From assembly GCA_907165135.1 (NCBI GenBank), contig OU015566.1, forward strand, positions 5,084,001 to 5,148,000: 64,000 bases of DNA. The letters run 5' to 3'. This document shows, in pieces, positions 61,930 to 64,000 of this stretch. Below the pieces are notes generated by a model that saw nothing but the letters and a program-made list of their open reading frames with translations, was not told the DNA's origin and did no database searches. The position numbers and the translations under genes are program-made. Source of the DNA: Oikopleura dioica (lineage: Eukaryota; Animalia; Chordata). Every line of letters begins with the position of its first letter. The first letter of the stretch is position 1.

Positions 61930-62760
61930 TGAAGCGACTGCTCATGTTGTCATCAAAGATCAAGAACTTTTGAGCCGATTTTGACCTGGTGCGGATCCGA
62001 TAACACGACAGACATTGCGCTTCTGACATGGGATCAGACCAAGAACACGAGGAATGCCTTGTTTCGAGAGAGGAGAGACATTCAATACGTTGAACAGATA
62101 TCAGGTGAAAATCAGATTTCTGAATCGCGTCTAAAATTTCGGAGATCAAATCATCCATGAAACATTCTAATCTTTTCTTCTTTCGTAGGGGAAGTTGTTC
62201 CTTAGGAGGATGAGATAGAACGGGGCTACTTCCGCGTTCGAACGAGATTCGAATCCTTCCCGCCTAACACTTTGTGAACTTTCGATGAAACATCCTGAGG
62301 ACGTCGACGCCAGACTGACGAGGAATCTGCACAATAAAAAAGGTCAAGACCCGAAGAAATATGGCGAGCAAGTGAAACACGTGTCCTATCCTGACATGGG
62401 GAAGTTTAAGTATCAAGCCCTTGTGGATGGCACTGTTGCGCCTTATCGAACAGCATTGTTGATGCAAATGGACTCGGTGATTCTTAAGCAAAAGTCGATG
62501 AATTACGAGTGGTGGTATAGATATATGAAGCCATGGGTGGTAAGCGCTTGAAGCAAATTTCTCTCGTTTGATTATTTCTAGCACTTCATTCCAATTGAAA
62601 AAGATCTATCCGACCTTCGAGAGAAAATCGAGTGGGCGAGAAACAATTACGATAAACCTCGCCAAATTGCTTTTAATGCCAATGCTCTTGCTGCTCAATG
62701 GATGAATCCAGAATTTATGTACCGCTACTACGCAAAGACAATAGAGCTTTACAGGTTTAT
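61930..62760 (+). pseudogene. KDELC/POGLUT2-3 glycosyltransferase, C-terminal part
   Basis: PILTWCGSD, KYQALVDGTVAPYR, DSVILKQKS..YEWWY, DLREKIEWA; TAG at 62203 where Trp is expected, plus a frameshift. Confidence 0.82.
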
Positions 62761-62919
62761 CTTTCTCTGAAGCATATTTTGAAGCTTTCTATTTCAGTAA
62801 GAAGCAGTCGAGGCCTGTAAAAGTGACAGAAAACCATGAACATCTGACGCAAGAATCTGACCCAGATCTCAACAATCAGTGACAAAAGTACTTCAGTGAG
62901 AAACCCTGCGACTGCCAAA

Positions 62920-63901
62920 AACGATCCCGAGACGAATATCCCTTTAATAGCCTGGACTCCAGGCCCTGGAGCCCTTGTTCTTTCCGACAACGGTATCTGC
63001 TGCATTGACGAGTTTGACAAGATGACTGAGTCTACTCGCTCCGTCCTCCACGAAGTAATGGAATTCTGCACTTTATCCGTCGCCAAAGCAGGCATCATTT
63101 GTCGCCTCAACGCTCGTACATCTGTCCTCGCCGCTGCCAATCCCGTCGAATCAGCTTGGAACGCAAACAAAACAATCGTGGAAGACATCCAATTGCCGCA
63201 CACGCTCATGTCGCGTTTCGATCTAATCTTTTTGGTGCTCGATCCAAAGGACGAAGCTTACGATCGAAAACTCGCCGCACATTTGTTCTCACTGTATCAT
63301 ACCGACAGAAAAGATGTGATGAACGATGATCAACAACATCTCGACCAAAAGTTGCTGAGAGACTACCTCGGTTACGCCCGAGCCATGGTCAAACCAGTGC
63401 TGAATGTAGAGGCAAAAACAGAGCTTGTCAATTCTTACATCAAAATGCGACAAGTCGGAGCGAATAGAAAAGCAATTTGCGCTTACCCGCGTCAACTAGA
63501 ATCACTCATTCGACTTTCCGAGGCCCATGCGAAGGTTTGACTTTCTGATGTCGTCGACAAAATGGACGTATAAGAAGCTGTTCGGCTCTACCGAGAGGCA
63601 CTGAAGCAGTCCATCATGGATCCAAAAACTGGCGCAATCGATATCTCCATTTGGTAAGAAAGTCTTCCTTGATTTCAAAACCTAAAAATTGCATTTCAGA
63701 CCACTGGAATTTCCGCCCACGCGCGTGCCCAGCAAGAAGAGCACAAGAACGCTCAGTGTTGTGATCGAAAGAGAGGTTCAAGGACAGACTATCAAAGCAA
63801 TCGAGCTTCTTAGCATTTGGAGACGATTTACTGATAAAGCAATTACGACCCTACAGTTTGATCTTGCTGTTCAGGACTTAACTGTAGCTGAAAATTTCTG
63901 A
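62920..63901 (+). pseudogene. MCM4: MCM4 C-terminal half
   Basis: [44 protein letters not shown]; stops at 63538 and 63571; N-terminal half absent. Confidence 0.9.
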
Positions 63902-64000
63902 AATATCTTTTTAACCATGAAAAGGCTCTAGTATCCGACGATGTCCTCGCCCGACACGGAGACACTATTTGCGTCAATCACAGTTTACTAGTTCAACGAA

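Overview
Eukaryotic, AT-rich animal DNA with ~40-bp GT-AG introns, operon-like gene spacing and a Tor-like retroelement; most likely the appendicularian Oikopleura dioica (inference). There are three zones. (1) 638-11866: an 11.2-kb Ty3/gypsy LTR element with two 215-bp LTRs that look identical by eye, a 5-bp TSD, a Trp-type PBS, gag, pol and env. Between env and the 3' LTR lies an extra ~2-kb region with two divergent unknown 164-codon ORFs (one antisense), a C-rich tandem repeat and a CRE palindrome, a layout resembling complex retroviruses. (2) ~12-34 kb: mostly intact host genes (4-TM protein, minimal ASCL-type bHLH, small secreted peptide, three tandem CUB-domain membrane genes, catalytically dead PLA2-like gene, tRNA-Gln, SEC63) with many MITEs carrying 8-bp TSDs. 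(3) ~35-64 kb: a run of decayed or deleted copies of housekeeping genes (SZT2, N6AMT1, UBA1, EMC8, KDM1B, GTF3C6, BRAP, SLC26, choline kinase-like, POGLUT2/3, MCM4), with deletion-generated fusions and a five-finger CTCF-like gene whose recognition helices differ from CTCF. All protein identifications come from recalled motifs, not database searches.
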